Below, in pieces: positions 62,876-64,000 of a stretch of 64,000 nt of DNA (position 1 is the first letter of the stretch; every line of letters begins with the position of its first letter). The stretch is from the NCBI RefSeq assembly GCF_009914755.1, contig NC_060925.1. One strand, 5' to 3'. The notes beneath the pieces are model-generated. The model saw only the letters and a program-made list of their open reading frames with translations, did no database searches and was not told where the DNA came from. The DNA comes from the human T2T-CHM13v2.0 reference genome, Homo sapiens. Made by a program: the position numbers and the translations under genes.

Positions 62876-63085
62876 TCTTTTTCGTACTAGCCAACCACGC
62901 ACCAGTGCTTGTAGGATAACTGTAGATTTTTTAAATTCAATATATTTTATCCTTTCATGCTTTCCAGCCTCCCTGGCTCGTATATATTTTTGTATGATCA
63001 AAGCAGCAGATTTCTGCCGAAGAAAGACCTGCCTTCCTTTATATCCTCTATAATGTGCTTGGATCAAACAAGCAGCTCGATGTCT
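62876..63085 (-). CDS. ASPM: ASPM exon 21, IQ repeats
   Basis: 210 nt; tatag| and |gtaagt; [18 protein letters not shown]...LVRKR. Confidence 0.96.
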
Positions 63086-63516
63086 CTATAAGGAAAAATT
63101 TACAAGTAACATTAATGGGTAGAAAGAAAAAGATTTCCAACCCACTAGAAGTTCTTGAATTTCTCAATGAGATGGCATAATTATGATTTATAGTCTAAGA
63201 ATGCCATGTTTCATAGATATGAAATGATGATGAAGCATTATTTCTAAACTCACATAGGTCTATAGCCAAGATGAAGGTGTAAGCCAAGGGTCAAGGGTCA
63301 ATAGATACCTGGTGCTCTTTCCCTCTCATCCTCTTGATACTTTTCATTGTGAGAGGGAAAAGGACTAACATTACAGGACAAATACATTTAATAAAAATGC
63401 TAGCTACAATAGAAAGAGCACGGTGATCATAAATAGCTATGACAGAAGCTGTCTGTAGCTTGAAAAAACATAGCATACCACTAGCACACCTTAGATTCCT
63501 CAATTACGTAACAACC

Positions 63517-63684
63517 TGTGAGAATTACCAAAATGAGACAGAGCCACAAAGTGAGCACATGATGCTGGAAATATGGCACCAACAGACTTGCTCAACACAG
63601 GGTTGACAGAAACCTTTAATTTATAAAAAATGCAATATCTGCAAAGCACCATAAAGCGAAGTACAATAAAACAAGGTATGCCTG
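63517..63684 (-). mobile_element. Tigger1 5'-end fragment
   Basis: Ends ...caataaaacaaggtatgcctg|ta, the reverse complement of the Tigger1 terminus. Confidence 0.8.
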
Positions 63685-63907
63685 TACAGTTATATATTTT
63701 TAAAAACTAGCAAATAGTATTTTTATGGGAGAATATAATTTTTAATTGACTGAAATAGATGTGTGTGAAATAAATGCATACTTAGGTCTTAAAAACACTT
63801 TTTTTCCAGCGAAGGATTTATTTTTAAAAATTAAAAAATACAAAACATTCTTTGTTTTCTATTTCCTAAAGTAGTTATTTGCAAGTGAATTAATTTTTAA
63901 TACCTAC

Positions 63908-64000
63908 TTTTATCATTAAGAAGTGTTCATGAGCTATCTTTGCAGGAAGTATAGCTCTCCATTTTCTCTGAATGATAATTGCTGATGCTCTCACATTCAA
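63908..64000 (-). CDS. ASPM: ASPM exon 20 (5' end outside the window), IQ motif
   Basis: [31 protein letters not shown] then |gtaggt donor. Confidence 0.93.

Overview
Human genomic DNA, recognisable as 1q31.3 at the distal edge of the CFH/CFHR cluster. It holds the complete F13B gene (coagulation factor XIII B subunit) on the minus strand: 12 exons, ATG at 37047, TAG at 9202, 661 aa, one Sushi/CCP domain per internal exon. It also holds the 3' end of ASPM on the minus strand, from partial exon 20 to terminal exon 28 with its poly(A) signal near 53970. Most of the rest is interspersed repeat: about 12 Alus, a rearranged L1PA, a twin-primed L1, a full-length L1PB carrying a nested LTR12 and three Alus just upstream of the F13B promoter, a full-length Tigger2, and a nested MST/MLT2B-HERVL/THE1B stack. 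I found no convincing new protein-coding gene, RNA gene or novel biological system. The best leads are regulatory or structural: a co-oriented LTR12 promoter upstream of F13B, the latent alternative last exon in F13B intron 11, a CFTR-like (TG)6T10 acceptor at ASPM exon 25, and several rearranged or nested transposon structures. Repeat subfamily names come from recalled consensus sequences, and boundaries of old repeats are approximate.
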